This document shows, one piece after another, positions 1 through 10,385 of a stretch of 34,680 nt of DNA; the stretch's first letter is position 1; the number at the start of each line of letters is the position of its first letter. A model generated the notes under the pieces. It did no database searches. It was not told the DNA's origin and was given only the letters and a program-made list of their open reading frames with translations. The stretch spans positions 1 to 34,680 of the IMG/VR virus record IMGVR_UViG_3300036807_000101. One strand, written 5' to 3'. The position numbers were made by a program, and so were the translations under genes. Source of the DNA: a virus (lineage: Duplodnaviria; Caudoviricetes).

Positions 1-37
1 CTATTGAATATGCAGAACAAGTTGGTAATAATTAAAA

Positions 38-1243
38 ATGAAAATACCTGAAGCTACAAGTTCCTTGCTAGATATAGTAGATGCTACTGACGCTGCTATT
101 TATAAAAAAGAAAATTACAGTGCTGAAAGATTAGATAGTGAGGTATCTAGTGAAGAAGTTGTAAACGATGATAATGGTGACATTCAACAAAGATTTAATT
201 GGGGAGATGGTGTTATAAGCACAATCACTAAATACAACCGTACAGGTCAAGCTATGGGTAATGAGTTTTTAAAAACTATTACTGGTGGCTTTGGTCAATT
301 TGCAGATAGTTTAGTTGACTTGATAGATGATGTAGATGCTCGGTATGAAAGTGATTACGAAAAAAAGAATACTTATTACAGTCGTGATAATAACAAAAAT
401 ATTAACGGCACAACTTATATAGGTTATTCTGCAAAACCTAATACACTTGGATCTTTAATTGAAGATTTAGATATTGGTAATAAAAAATTACCTGAAGTAC
501 CAGCTTTCCAAAAATGGCTTTACAATGATGAAGGTGGCGTATCATTTGGTGATGCTTATACTGTAAGTGAATATTGGAATAAAAATTTTAGACCGCAAAC
601 TGATTATGGTAAGCAAGGTGAATATATGATGTCACATATTGCAGCATTTCTATCAGCTAATACTGTATTTAAAAGAATACCTTGGTTAAATTCTGGATCA
701 TACGGTTCATTAAAATCAGTAGAGATTGCTATGAAAGGATCAAATGTATTTGATTCAGTACCATTGCCAATGAAAAAAAAATTAATAAAAACTGCTATTG
801 ACTTAAATCGTTCTGCTCTTGGTTGGGGTACAGCTGGTTACATTATGCCATCAGAAGAATCATTCACCCTACTATTAACAGATGCAATGGGTATTACTGA
901 TGAAAATTTTGCTACAGAATTTAGAGCTGAAATGATGCGTGCTAGTGAAAGTGGAGACTCAGAAGATAAATTTAAAAGTAGATTTATAAATTTCTTTGAT
1001 AGCTATGTAGCTGTTGGAGTTGTTTTAGATCCAGCAATAAATTTATTATGGATGACGTTTGCTAATCCAAGCATAGGGCAAACAATAAATACTCAATTTA
1101 GTAAAATTGACAATGATCCAACAGCAAACATGACTTATGATGAAAAAATAGAATACATGTTAGCAGAGATAGAAACAAAAGATGATCCTGGTTTTTGGCA
1201 AAATTTTACACAACAAACTATTGAAGCCTATAATTTAGATTAG
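38..1243 (+). CDS. Putative internal virion (ejection) protein
   Basis: 401-aa ORF lying, in circular gene order, after the tail tube genes and before a large internal protein and the tail fibre. No diagnostic motif; function inferred from synteny. Confidence 0.5.
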   Translation: MKIPEATSSLLDIVDATDAAIYKKENYSAERLDSEVSSEEVVNDDNGDIQQRFNWGDGVISTITKYNRTGQAMGNEFLKTITGGFGQFADSLVDLIDDVDARYESDYEKKNTYYSRDNNKNINGTTYIGYSAKPNTLGSLIEDLDIGNKKLPEVPAFQKWLYNDEGGVSFGDAYTVSEYWNKNFRPQTDYGKQGEYMMSHIAAFLSANTVFKRIPWLNSGSYGSLKSVEIAMKGSNVFDSVPLPMKKKLIKTAIDLNRSALGWGTAGYIMPSEESFTLLLTDAMGITDENFATEFRAEMMRASESGDSEDKFKSRFINFFDSYVAVGVVLDPAINLLWMTFANPSIGQTINTQFSKIDNDPTANMTYDEKIEYMLAEIETKDDPGFWQNFTQQTIEAYNLD

Positions 1244-1328
1244 AAACTTTATAGAACAAAACATAACATTTACTTTTTTTAAAAAAGACTACAAACTAAA
1301 CAATAAATCAGATATATATAAATAAAAT

Positions 1329-1356
1329 AGGACACCATTGCGTGTCCTTTTTTTTT
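1329..1356 (+). terminator. Rho-independent terminator-like hairpin
   Basis: AGGACAC-cattgc-GTGTCCT stem-loop followed by a T run to 1356. Confidence 0.75.
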
Positions 1357-1370
1357 GGAGTTCCCTTTAC

Positions 1371-4300
1371 ATGGCTATTAAAAAAGACACAAGAGATGCA
1401 GATCTTTTGGCAAACGCAACTGCATCTGGCATAGAAGATATAAAAGCTACAGCTGAAGGTATTCAGCCGTTATTTGATGCTGATGGCAACAAAGTTGAAT
1501 TAGCAAGTTTAAAAGATTTTTTAAAATTTGGATTAAAAAACACTAAGAAAAAACCAACACCTAAAACTGAAATTAAGACAGAACCTAAAACAGAGGTAAA
1601 AGTAGAAGAAAAACCAGTCGTACAAGAATCTGTAGAAACTACTAGTAGTCCTAGTGTTACCGAAGTTATAAAAGCTGTTGATGATCCTTTAGCTACTACA
1701 GCAACTAAAGCAGAACTATATGGACCAGGTGAAGGACCAAAGTCTGACTTACAAATAAAGACTGAAGCTGAAGCTGAAGAACTAGTTATAGCTGCTGAGA
1801 AAGCAGAAGGCACAGTAGAGAGTGGCAAAGAAGCTGGATTTAATTTTGATACCTTTAATTCTGAACAAGATGTTTATAAATATTTAGAAGCTGTTGAAAA
1901 TAGAAATGCTAAATTACCTGGAGAAAAATTAGAAACAAGAGATTTTGAAACTGTAGTAGCTGAAGCTCGTACTGGCTTAGAAGCTGAACTTAATTTAAAA
2001 GACGATTTTTACGCACAAAACCAATTATTTACTGATACTCAAGTTGTTGAAGTTAAGCGTATGTTAGAAACATCTACTTTAGAATTAAGAGATTTAGCTA
2101 ATAAAGTTGCTATTGGTGCAAATGACACCAAAACATTATTTGAATTTAGACAAGCAGCAGCCAAGCATGCATCTGTTGTACATATATTTAAAACTGGTCG
2201 AGCTAATGTAGCACGATCATTAGGTGCTTTTAGAATACCTAACGACTTTAAAGGTTCAATCAACGAATTTGAAGAAGCTATGTTAAATGAGCTAGGTGGT
2301 GCTGATAGTGCCAAGGTCTTTGCTAAAAAACTTGTAGAGTTAAATAGTAAAAAAGCGTTTCACCAAATGGTTCAAGATGGCTGGAAAACAAAAGTTAAAA
2401 ATATTTTTTTTGAATTGTATATAAATGGTTTGTTATCAAGTCCGAAATCACATGGTCGTAATATGTTTGGTAATGCTATATTCCAAGCTGGTGCTATACC
2501 AGAATTAGCTCTTGCTGCAATTTATAGCAAAGTAGAAACTGGCATTGCAAAAGGTATTAACAAAGCTACTGGCACTAAATATTTTACAGCAGAAGAAGGT
2601 GTTGCTTTTAACGAAGTATATGCTCGTGTATATTCTAGTATTTACAGCACTGGCAAAGCACTAAAAGCTGCTAATGAGTCCTTTAAAAGACCAAATCAAG
2701 TATCTGGCAGTAAAATAGAATTAAGTGGTCCAAGTCAAGATTACATCAGCAGTCGTTATCTAAATTTAAATCCAGATAAAATGGCTGGTAGAGGTATTGA
2801 TATGCTTGGTAAAGGCATACGCTTTCCTGGTTCAGCTTTAGTTTGGGGTGATGAATTTTTTAAGACTATAGCTCGTGAAGCTGAAAAAGGAGAAATGATA
2901 GCTCGTAAAACAAATGAGTTAGTCAAAAGTGGTATTACTGATAAAGATGAAATAGCTGAAATAATTTTAGATTATTTAAAAGAACCATCAACAATAAAAA
3001 CTATTGATGATGCTGCCTTAATGTTTACCTTTCAAAATGAATTAGGTGAAACAGGGAAAGCAATACAAAATTTACAAACTAAATCTAAGCTAGTGCGTTT
3101 TTATTTACCTTTTATGAAAACACCAACCAACATAGCTAAAGCAGTATATCATCGAACACCATTTACACCTGTATTGAATGCAATATTTGATGAGACTTAT
3201 AAAAAAAAATTTATGAATGACAGTACCTTTCGTGCTAAAGAAATGGGTAAACAAGCATTAGGAGCTTCTTTAATTGCTTACGCATTAGCTCAATTTAATG
3301 AGGGTAATTTTATAGGTGGTTTACCAAGAGATAAAGCTCAACGAGAATTTTTAAAAGATCATGGCGTACAACAATTTAGTTTCGTCATTAGAGGTGATGA
3401 TACACCTAATGATTTACCTAATTTTGATCCTTATACTCGATTGCCAAATGGTAAACACACATATATTTCGATTGCTGGATTAGAACCAGTATCGTCATTT
3501 TTTGCAGTAGTTGCAACGGCTGCTGATTTGATGGCAAGAAGTGATAGTCACATGGTTAGAGGTAGCATAGCTATGGCTACTTATGTTGCTGTTTCAGAAT
3601 ACATGAGTAATATTTCGTTCTTACAAGGTATGACCAATTTTAATGAAAGTGTTATCAATAATGCTACAGGTGAACAAGGACCACAATTTGATAAAATTAT
3701 AGGTGATGTAGCATCTTCAGTTGTACCAGCTAGAACTTTATTTGCTGGTCTTGAAACAGCAGTTAATCCATCAAAAGTAGATATAGGTTACGAATTTAGT
3801 GACAATTTAGATTTAGAGCCATACCGAACAGATGCTGATGGTGTTGCGTTAATAGATGAAAAAACTGGATTGTATATTCCTAATCTTGGTTTCGGTTATC
3901 CAAAAACTGGATCAGTAGCAGATAGTTTAAAAGGGTTTGGTAGTATTTTAACTGTTGCTTCTAATGCTATTAGAAAAGGTTTTCCAGGTGTTAATAGTAG
4001 CTTGCCAATGAAACGAGATTATTTTGGTGAAGTGCAAGAAGTTGGCAACGGTTATGGGTATGGTATGAGAACGTATAATTTCTTGTCACCATTTACTATT
4101 AGTGCTGGTGAAGAATTTACTCCAGTAGAAGCTGATATATTTAGATTGGGTGTGCCTGGTCAATCTTATAGTCAACAACTATTAGGTATAAAAATGGATG
4201 ACAAATCATGGTCACTATATCAAAAGTTTGCATTTAAAGATGTTCGTGATTCTAAAACTGGTATGAATTTTAAAGAAGCTATTACAGATTTATATTACAG

Positions 4301-4550
4301 CTCTGATTATCAAAATTTTCCAAAAGATAAATTTGATCGTAGAATTTTTGCTGGCACAAATGACGATTATAGAATTAAGCAAATCCAACAATTAAGAAAA
4401 CAATACTCCAAACTTGGAATAGAAATGTTGTCACTTTATACCGAGGGTGATGGTGTTTACCCATATTTAGAAATTTTTAATGCTGTTGAATTTAGAAAAG
4501 AATTACAACAAGACGGCTTATTACCAAGAAATAAATCTGTTAACTACTAA
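1371..4550 (+). CDS. Large internal virion (ejection/core) protein
   Basis: ~1060-aa ORF immediately before the tail fibre. The YINGLLSSPKSHGRN and LPFMKTPTN segments resemble podovirus core proteins. Start moved to ATG 1371 (GGAG at 1357-1360) because the listed TTG 1338 lies inside the terminator hairpin. Confidence 0.65.
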   Translation: MAIKKDTRDADLLANATASGIEDIKATAEGIQPLFDADGNKVELASLKDFLKFGLKNTKKKPTPKTEIKTEPKTEVKVEEKPVVQESVETTSSPSVTEVIKAVDDPLATTATKAELYGPGEGPKSDLQIKTEAEAEELVIAAEKAEGTVESGKEAGFNFDTFNSEQDVYKYLEAVENRNAKLPGEKLETRDFETVVAEARTGLEAELNLKDDFYAQNQLFTDTQVVEVKRMLETSTLELRDLANKVAIGANDTKTLFEFRQAAAKHASVVHIFKTGRANVARSLGAFRIPNDFKGSINEFEEAMLNELGGADSAKVFAKKLVELNSKKAFHQMVQDGWKTKVKNIFFELYINGLLSSPKSHGRNMFGNAIFQAGAIPELALAAIYSKVETGIAKGINKATGTKYFTAEEGVAFNEVYARVYSSIYSTGKALKAANESFKRPNQVSGSKIELSGPSQDYISSRYLNLNPDKMAGRGIDMLGKGIRFPGSALVWGDEFFKTIAREAEKGEMIARKTNELVKSGITDKDEIAEIILDYLKEPSTIKTIDDAALMFTFQNELGETGKAIQNLQTKSKLVRFYLPFMKTPTNIAKAVYHRTPFTPVLNAIFDETYKKKFMNDSTFRAKEMGKQALGASLIAYALAQFNEGNFIGGLPRDKAQREFLKDHGVQQFSFVIRGDDTPNDLPNFDPYTRLPNGKHTYISIAGLEPVSSFFAVVATAADLMARSDSHMVRGSIAMATYVAVSEYMSNISFLQGMTNFNESVINNATGEQGPQFDKIIGDVASSVVPARTLFAGLETAVNPSKVDIGYEFSDNLDLEPYRTDADGVALIDEKTGLYIPNLGFGYPKTGSVADSLKGFGSILTVASNAIRKGFPGVNSSLPMKRDYFGEVQEVGNGYGYGMRTYNFLSPFTISAGEEFTPVEADIFRLGVPGQSYSQQLLGIKMDDKSWSLYQKFAFKDVRDSKTGMNFKEAITDLYYSSDYQNFPKDKFDRRIFAGTNDDYRIKQIQQLRKQYSKLGIEMLSLYTEGDGVYPYLEIFNAVEFRKELQQDGLLPRNKSVNY

Positions 4551-4561
4551 GGACAAAAATT

Positions 4562-7500
4562 ATGACTATATCAACTACTACCGTATCACAATCATATTCT
4601 GGTAATGGTTCAACTACAGCTTTTACGTTTACGTTTCCAATCAACTCAACGTCAGAACTAAAAGTAATTGAGAGATCAGCTACTGGAGCAGAAACTGTTA
4701 AAAGTGTAGGCAGTGGTTCTGCCAATTATGCTATCGTTGACAATGGAGCTTCAGGTGGCACAGTCACTATGGTAACAGCTCCAGCTGCTGGCACTACCCT
4801 CGTGCTAATCCGTGACACGAGTTTGACCCAAGAATCTGATTACGTTGAAAACGATCCATTTGCAGCTGAAACTCATGAGGATGCATTAGACAAATTGCAA
4901 ATGCAAATTCAGGAAGTGCAAGAAGAAGTTGATCGTTCTATGAAAATATCAAGAACGAACACTATGACTTCCACTGAGTTTACGAACTCAGCTACAGATC
5001 GTGCATCTAAGGTCCTGGCGTTTGACAGCTCAGGTGAATTATCCGTTACGCAAGAACTCGGTTCATTTAAAGGTGGCAGTGCTACAACAACTACAGCTGC
5101 TTATGTGGTTAGAGATATAGTTAAAGGCACTACTACAGCTCAACTGAATAACATCTACATTTGTATTCAAGCATCTCCAATAGGCACAGCTCTAACAAAT
5201 ACAAGTTTTTGGACATTAATTGTTGATGCTGTTTCAGCGGCAACGTCTGCTACTACTGCTACCACTAAAGCTAGTGAAGCTGCAACTTCTGCAACTAATG
5301 CTGCGGCTAGCTTAGACTCATTTGATGATCGATATTTGGGAGCTAAATCTTCTGATCCTTCTGCTGATAATGATGGTGATGGTTTAGCTACTGGTGCAAT
5401 TTATTTCAAAACAGATGGTACTGGATTTAAAGTTTACAACGGCTCGGCTTGGAAAGACATCAGACCAACTGATGCTCAACAAACAGCTATTGATACTGTT
5501 GCTGGTGCAAACTCAAACATCTCTGCCCTAGCTGCTAGTGCCGTAGTTGCGGACATGGCATTGCTTGCAACAACTGATGTGATTGCTGATATGGCATTGC
5601 TTGCAACAACTGATGTTATATCGGACATGAACGCATTAGCTGTATCTGATGTGATCTCTGATATAAACACACTAGCTACTTCTGATATTGTTTCAGACCT
5701 AAATACCTTAGCAACTTCTGACATAGTTTCTGACATTAATACTTTAGCAACGTCTGACATTGTGAGTGACTTAAATACACTTGCAACATCTGATATTGTT
5801 GCTGACATCAATACCCTGGCAACATCTGATATTGTTACGGATTTAAATTTACTAGCAACGTCTGACTTTGTTTCTGATTTAAATGCACTAAGCACATCTA
5901 CCAATGTAACGAACATGGCTAACTTAAATGCTAGTGGTGTTATAACTAACATTGCTAACTTAAATGGTAGTGGTGTTGTAGCTAATATTGCAACTGTGGC
6001 TGGAGCTGTCAGCAACGTCAATACTACAGCTGGTGCTATTGCTAATGTTAATAGTGTTGCATCTAACATAGCTTCGGTAAATAATTTTAGTGAGGTGTAT
6101 CGAATTGCATCTTCAGCTCCAAGTAGCTCACTGACAGCTGGTGATCTCTATTTTAATACGTCAACTAATGTGTTGAATGTGTACGGTGCAAGTGGCTGGC
6201 AAAATGCTGGTTCATCCGTCAATGGTACATCTCAACGATACCACTACGATATTTCAGGTACACCGACAGCTGTTACAGGTAATGACGCTGCTGGTAATAC
6301 CCTTGCTTATGATGCTGGGTTTATTGACGTATTCTTAAATGGTGTAAGAATGTCTACAGCTGATGTTACGGTTACATCAGGTGATACTGTTACATTTGCA
6401 TCTGCTTTAGCTAACGGTGATGAAGTTGATATTGTAGCGTATGGTACGTTTGCAGTAGCTCAAATTAATGCTGACAATTTAAATAGTGGCACAGTACCAG
6501 TAGCACGAGTTGCTGGTTCTTACACTGGCGTTACAGGCACAGGTGCATTGAACGCTGGTACAATTACATCAGGCTTTGGTAATATTGATACAGGTGCATC
6601 TACCATAACTACAACTGGTGAAATTGCAGCTGGTAGTTTAGATATTTCAGGCAACATAGACGTAGACGGCACGACTAACCTTGATGTTGTAGACATTGAT
6701 GGTGCATTAACTCAAGACGGTGGTGCAGTATTTAACGAAACTGGAGCTGATGCAGACCTCAGAATAGAATCGTCAGGTAATACTCATATGCTATTTGTTG
6801 ATGGTGGTACAGACCGAATTGGTATTAATGAAAGTTCTCCGACAACTCAATTACAAATAACTGGTGCTACAAATACTGGCGGCACAATATCTTTAAAAAG
6901 ACCAAACACAACTGTTACTGCTGGTCAAACTTTAGGTGGTATAGAGTTTTTAACTGCTGATTCAGGTTCTGCTGGAATTGCCGCAAGAATACTTGGTGAG
7001 GGTGACGGAACAGGTGGTGAGGCTAGATTAGTATTTGCTACTGGCACAGGTGGTTCAGCCTCTGAAAGAATGAGAATTCACTCTAACGGAGTTGCATCTT
7101 TTAACAATGGAATTGCTCTTGGCGTAGGCACAGCTAATACAGCATCTAACGTACTCGATGATTATGAAGAAGGTACAACTGGAGTTGTTAGCATAGCTTG
7201 TAGCACCTCTGGCTCTATTAGTCTGCAAAGCAATTTTAGAAAACTAGCGTATACAAAAATTGGTAGAGCAGTAACAATTACTGGTTTGTTAAAAATTACA
7301 AGTGTATCAAGTCCTACTGGTGCTGCAACTTTTGCTTTGCCTTTTGCTCTTGCAAGTTTAGGAGATACAGCAGAAATATGTAGAGGACACGGATACGTAG
7401 TCAATGCAGCTAATGCTGAGAATGGTGATGGTGGTTTAATTATAGATATACAAACTGCTGGTGGAACTACCGCAACTATTTCTAAAACAGATAACACAGC

Positions 7501-7582
7501 AAATGGACTTCGAGATTTTGATAGTACTTTTGCAACTTCTCAAGCAGAAATAAGTTTATCATTTACATATTTTACAGCATAA
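4562..7582 (+). CDS. Tail fibre protein with T7 gp17-like N-terminal anchor
   Basis: N-terminal YSGNGSTTAFTFTFP...EDALDKL anchor, 12-aa repeat stalk, Gly/Thr-rich modules (IDVFLNGV, MLFVDGG, ERMRI) and a C-terminal LDDYEEGT domain. Confidence 0.9.
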   Translation: MTISTTTVSQSYSGNGSTTAFTFTFPINSTSELKVIERSATGAETVKSVGSGSANYAIVDNGASGGTVTMVTAPAAGTTLVLIRDTSLTQESDYVENDPFAAETHEDALDKLQMQIQEVQEEVDRSMKISRTNTMTSTEFTNSATDRASKVLAFDSSGELSVTQELGSFKGGSATTTTAAYVVRDIVKGTTTAQLNNIYICIQASPIGTALTNTSFWTLIVDAVSAATSATTATTKASEAATSATNAAASLDSFDDRYLGAKSSDPSADNDGDGLATGAIYFKTDGTGFKVYNGSAWKDIRPTDAQQTAIDTVAGANSNISALAASAVVADMALLATTDVIADMALLATTDVISDMNALAVSDVISDINTLATSDIVSDLNTLATSDIVSDINTLATSDIVSDLNTLATSDIVADINTLATSDIVTDLNLLATSDFVSDLNALSTSTNVTNMANLNASGVITNIANLNGSGVVANIATVAGAVSNVNTTAGAIANVNSVASNIASVNNFSEVYRIASSAPSSSLTAGDLYFNTSTNVLNVYGASGWQNAGSSVNGTSQRYHYDISGTPTAVTGNDAAGNTLAYDAGFIDVFLNGVRMSTADVTVTSGDTVTFASALANGDEVDIVAYGTFAVAQINADNLNSGTVPVARVAGSYTGVTGTGALNAGTITSGFGNIDTGASTITTTGEIAAGSLDISGNIDVDGTTNLDVVDIDGALTQDGGAVFNETGADADLRIESSGNTHMLFVDGGTDRIGINESSPTTQLQITGATNTGGTISLKRPNTTVTAGQTLGGIEFLTADSGSAGIAARILGEGDGTGGEARLVFATGTGGSASERMRIHSNGVASFNNGIALGVGTANTASNVLDDYEEGTTGVVSIACSTSGSISLQSNFRKLAYTKIGRAVTITGLLKITSVSSPTGAATFALPFALASLGDTAEICRGHGYVVNAANAENGDGGLIIDIQTAGGTTATISKTDNTANGLRDFDSTFATSQAEISLSFTYFTA
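5552..5983 (+). repeat. 36-bp (12-aa) tandem coding repeat, ~10 good plus 2 degenerate copies
   Basis: Units DMALLATTDVIA / DINTLATSDIVS / DLNTLATSDIVA. The first two copies share 26 identical bp (5555-5580, 5591-5616). Confidence 0.9.
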
Positions 7583-7599
7583 TTTAACAGGAGAAAACA

Positions 7600-7884
7600 A
7601 TGGCAATAACTAAAGAAACAATCGTAGATAAAATAGAAGTTGTAGGACAATACAATGCTATTCAAGTACGCTACGCACAAATAGTAAAAGAAGATGGCAC
7701 AGAAATTGCTCGTAGTAATATACGAGAAGCATTTGATTGTGGCACTATTACTGGTGATGATAACACTTGGGTAGATACTGACTTATCTGCCAAAGACCAA
7801 AAGATACAAGACATTGCTGGTGTGGTTTGGACATCTACCGAAAAAGATGCTTTGAAAGCTGCACTGATATTAGATAAAGGATAA
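7600..7884 (+). CDS. Putative tail fibre assembly chaperone
   Basis: AGGAG RBS. MAITKE..DKIEVVG..IQVR...EDG.EI.R family, typically found right after LDDYEEGT-type fibres in marine phages. Confidence 0.6.
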   Translation: MAITKETIVDKIEVVGQYNAIQVRYAQIVKEDGTEIARSNIREAFDCGTITGDDNTWVDTDLSAKDQKIQDIAGVVWTSTEKDALKAALILDKG

Positions 7885-7887
7885 ACT

Positions 7888-9504
7888 ATGACAAACGCAA
7901 GAACAATAGCAGACAGTGCTGGTGAAGCTACTGTCTTAGACGTAACAGCTGGTACAGCTGCAGCTTCCAAAGCTGTGGTCCTGGATGGCAGTAAGAATAT
8001 AGCAACCTTGGGTACAGTTGCTTCAGGAGCTTTAACAGTTACTGGTGCATCTACAATCACAACTGCTGATAACACCGACACCCTTACATTAACATCAACT
8101 GATGCTGATGCTAACTCTGGACCTAATTTAAAATTAATAAGAGATTCGTCTAGTCCTGCTGACGGAGATGTTGGAGGTGTAATTAGTTTTGTTGCAGAAA
8201 ATGATGCTAGTGAAGCAATACTTTATTCAGAAATTAAATCTCTAATAGATGATATGACTGATGGCACAGAAGATGGTAGATTATTTTTTAATACAATGGT
8301 TGCAGGATCTCTTACAGAAAGATTAAGATTTAATGGCGTAGAAACAGCTTTTAACGAAGGCTCTGCAGACCTAGACTTCCGCGTAGAATCTAATGGTGAT
8401 GCCAATATGCTATTTGTTGATGGTGGTAATAATGCTGTTGGTATTGCAACCAATAGTCCATTGTTAGCTAGTGGTAGAGGAATGGTAGTACACGGAGGAG
8501 CTTCAATTGCTAGAGTAGAATTAAGAAATGATGATTCTGGTGGTGCAGCAACAGATGGTGGATTTTTAACATTTGGTGGTAACCAAGATTTATTTCTTGG
8601 AAATAGAGAAAATGCCACTGTTCAATTTTGGAACAATGGTTCTGAAAGAATGAGAATACAAAGTGATGGTACTTTACTTGTTGGTAAAACTAGCAGTGGG
8701 ATTACAAATGTAGGTGTTGAAGCAGCATCAGATAAGTTAAGTGCAACTGTAGCATCTGCTAATGTTTGTTATTTTAACAGAGAAACCAACGATGGTAGTG
8801 TTGTAATTATTTACGGAGATGGTAATGATGAAGGTGGAATTGGAGTAAGTGGAAATACTGTTCAATTTAATGGTTTTACTGGTTCTCACTGGTCAAGACT
8901 TGCTGATAATTCTAAACCAACAATACTTCGTGGTACAATAATGGAATCAATTGATGAAATGTGTGACTGGTATCAAGCTGTTGCAGATGTAGCGGAAGTT
9001 AACTACACCGCAGAAGATCAAGAAGTTATTGATGGTGATAAAAATGTGGGTGATGTAAAAACCGAAGCATACAAAGTGAAAGAATCAATAGCTTTAGGTG
9101 ATAAATCTATTGGTGATGCAATTACTTTTACCTCTAATGGAACTGAATACACAGGAACTATTGTTAAAGAAGATGACGTTAAGCATAATAAATGTAAAGT
9201 TTCTGACACAGCAGATAGTAAAAAAGTATATGGCGTGTTTTCACATTGGGACGATGCAGATGATGGACTTGATGGTGATGTCAATGATATGAATATTGCT
9301 CAAGTTGGTACATACATAATAAGAGTCAATAAAGATGAAGTTGTGCAAGGTGGTGATTTACTGGTATCAAATGGTGATGGCACAGTTAAAGTACAAGATG
9401 ATGACATTATAAGAAGCAAGACAGTTGCTAAAGTAAATTCAAATATAAAAATTGAAACGTATAGTGATGGTAGTTATACCGTGCCATGTACGTTGCATTG
9501 TTAA
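7888..9504 (+). CDS. Second tail fibre / receptor-binding protein
   Basis: Shares FNE..AD.D.R.ES.G...MLFVDGG and ERMRI modules with the first fibre. C-terminal FTGSHWSRL...DGSYTVPCTLHC domain. Confidence 0.8.
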   Translation: MTNARTIADSAGEATVLDVTAGTAAASKAVVLDGSKNIATLGTVASGALTVTGASTITTADNTDTLTLTSTDADANSGPNLKLIRDSSSPADGDVGGVISFVAENDASEAILYSEIKSLIDDMTDGTEDGRLFFNTMVAGSLTERLRFNGVETAFNEGSADLDFRVESNGDANMLFVDGGNNAVGIATNSPLLASGRGMVVHGGASIARVELRNDDSGGAATDGGFLTFGGNQDLFLGNRENATVQFWNNGSERMRIQSDGTLLVGKTSSGITNVGVEAASDKLSATVASANVCYFNRETNDGSVVIIYGDGNDEGGIGVSGNTVQFNGFTGSHWSRLADNSKPTILRGTIMESIDEMCDWYQAVADVAEVNYTAEDQEVIDGDKNVGDVKTEAYKVKESIALGDKSIGDAITFTSNGTEYTGTIVKEDDVKHNKCKVSDTADSKKVYGVFSHWDDADDGLDGDVNDMNIAQVGTYIIRVNKDEVVQGGDLLVSNGDGTVKVQDDDIIRSKTVAKVNSNIKIETYSDGSYTVPCTLHC

Positions 9505-9531
9505 GGATAAATTTATGGAGCTAAATTTTTA

Positions 9532-9732
9532 ATGACCGAGCAATCCAACAAGGAGATGATTATAGAACTCCGTGGTGAAATCAAACTGATACATCAAAAA
9601 ATTGATACATTAACAAATAACCACATGCATCATTTTAACTTAGACCTCAGCCGTCTGACAAAATTTTTGGTAACTATATCTACTATATTATTTAGTGGAT
9701 TAATAACTCTACTCTACCGATCATTTATGTAG
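9532..9732 (+). CDS. Small coiled-coil plus C-terminal TM protein (holin/antiholin-like)
   Basis: 66 aa with a hydrophobic C-terminus (FLVTISTILFSGLITLLY); first gene of the lysis cluster. Confidence 0.5.
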   Translation: MTEQSNKEMIIELRGEIKLIHQKIDTLTNNHMHHFNLDLSRLTKFLVTISTILFSGLITLLYRSFM

Positions 9733-10056
9733 ATGGCATTGTCCAACACTCGTGGCTTATGTGCGGAGCTTACAGCACTAGCATATCTTGCCAACGATCC
9801 TAACATCTTATGCTTCACAGCTGCTGGTGGTTTAGGACCGATAGATATTATTACTCTTAACAGGACCACTGGAGAGAGAAGATACTTTGATGTGAAGTAT
9901 GCATCAAAACGCAAGAACCATAAACCAACACACAACCCAAACATTAACCGTTGCTTAACCAAAGCACAACAGGAGCTGCCTTTATTGGTAGAAATAATTT
10001 ATGTTGATAATAAAGGACAAATCACAATTCAACGAGATGCAAAGTCAGTGGAGTAA
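9733..10056 (+). CDS. PD-(D/E)XK-type endonuclease
   Basis: G..AE (GLCAE), PIDII and FDVK motifs. Confidence 0.6.
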   Translation: MALSNTRGLCAELTALAYLANDPNILCFTAAGGLGPIDIITLNRTTGERRYFDVKYASKRKNHKPTHNPNINRCLTKAQQELPLLVEIIYVDNKGQITIQRDAKSVE

Positions 10057-10384
10057 TTTCTCTTACGAGGAACTTGCTTGCCAACACACTGGCACAATGA
10101 ACTTATCAGAAGATTTTTTGATAGCTCTGCAAGAGCTAAGAGATGCTTACGGTAAAGCCATGACCATTACATCAGGCTATCGATCACCTGAGCATCCAAT
10201 AGAAGCTAAAAAGTCCAGTCCAGGTTATCATTCTAAGGGAGCTATCGATGTTGCCGTGAGTGGTGAAGATGCAGTTCAGCTATTAACAGTGGCATTAAAT
10301 CTAGGCTGGACGGGTATCGGTATTAACGTGCCATCATTCATACACTTGGACCGAAGATCAGATCCAACCATTTGGAAATATTAA
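10037..10384 (+). CDS. Endolysin, peptidase M15A family
   Basis: NFSYEELAC, ITSGYRSPEH, GYHSKGAIDV and FIHLDRR motifs. ATG 10037 preferred as start (listed 10001). Confidence 0.88.
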   Translation: MQSQWSNFSYEELACQHTGTMNLSEDFLIALQELRDAYGKAMTITSGYRSPEHPIEAKKSSPGYHSKGAIDVAVSGEDAVQLLTVALNLGWTGIGINVPSFIHLDRRSDPTIWKY

Positions 10385-10385
10385 T

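Noticed and set aside
1338-1370. Listed TTG start of the 1070-aa ORF
   Set aside because: It lies within the terminator stem-loop; ATG 1371 has a GGAG RBS.
5552-5911. CRISPR-like periodicity
   Set aside because: Repeats are contiguous, degenerate at third codon positions and have no spacers; no cas genes.
5476-6069. 197-aa antisense ORF in the tail fibre
   Set aside because: Mirror of the 36-bp coding repeat; no independent motif or RBS.
4562-9504. Diversity-generating retroelement or invertase-based fibre switching (BPP-1-like virion genes)
   Set aside because: No reverse transcriptase, no adenine-specific TR/VR pair and no inverted cassette or serine recombinase seen in the window.
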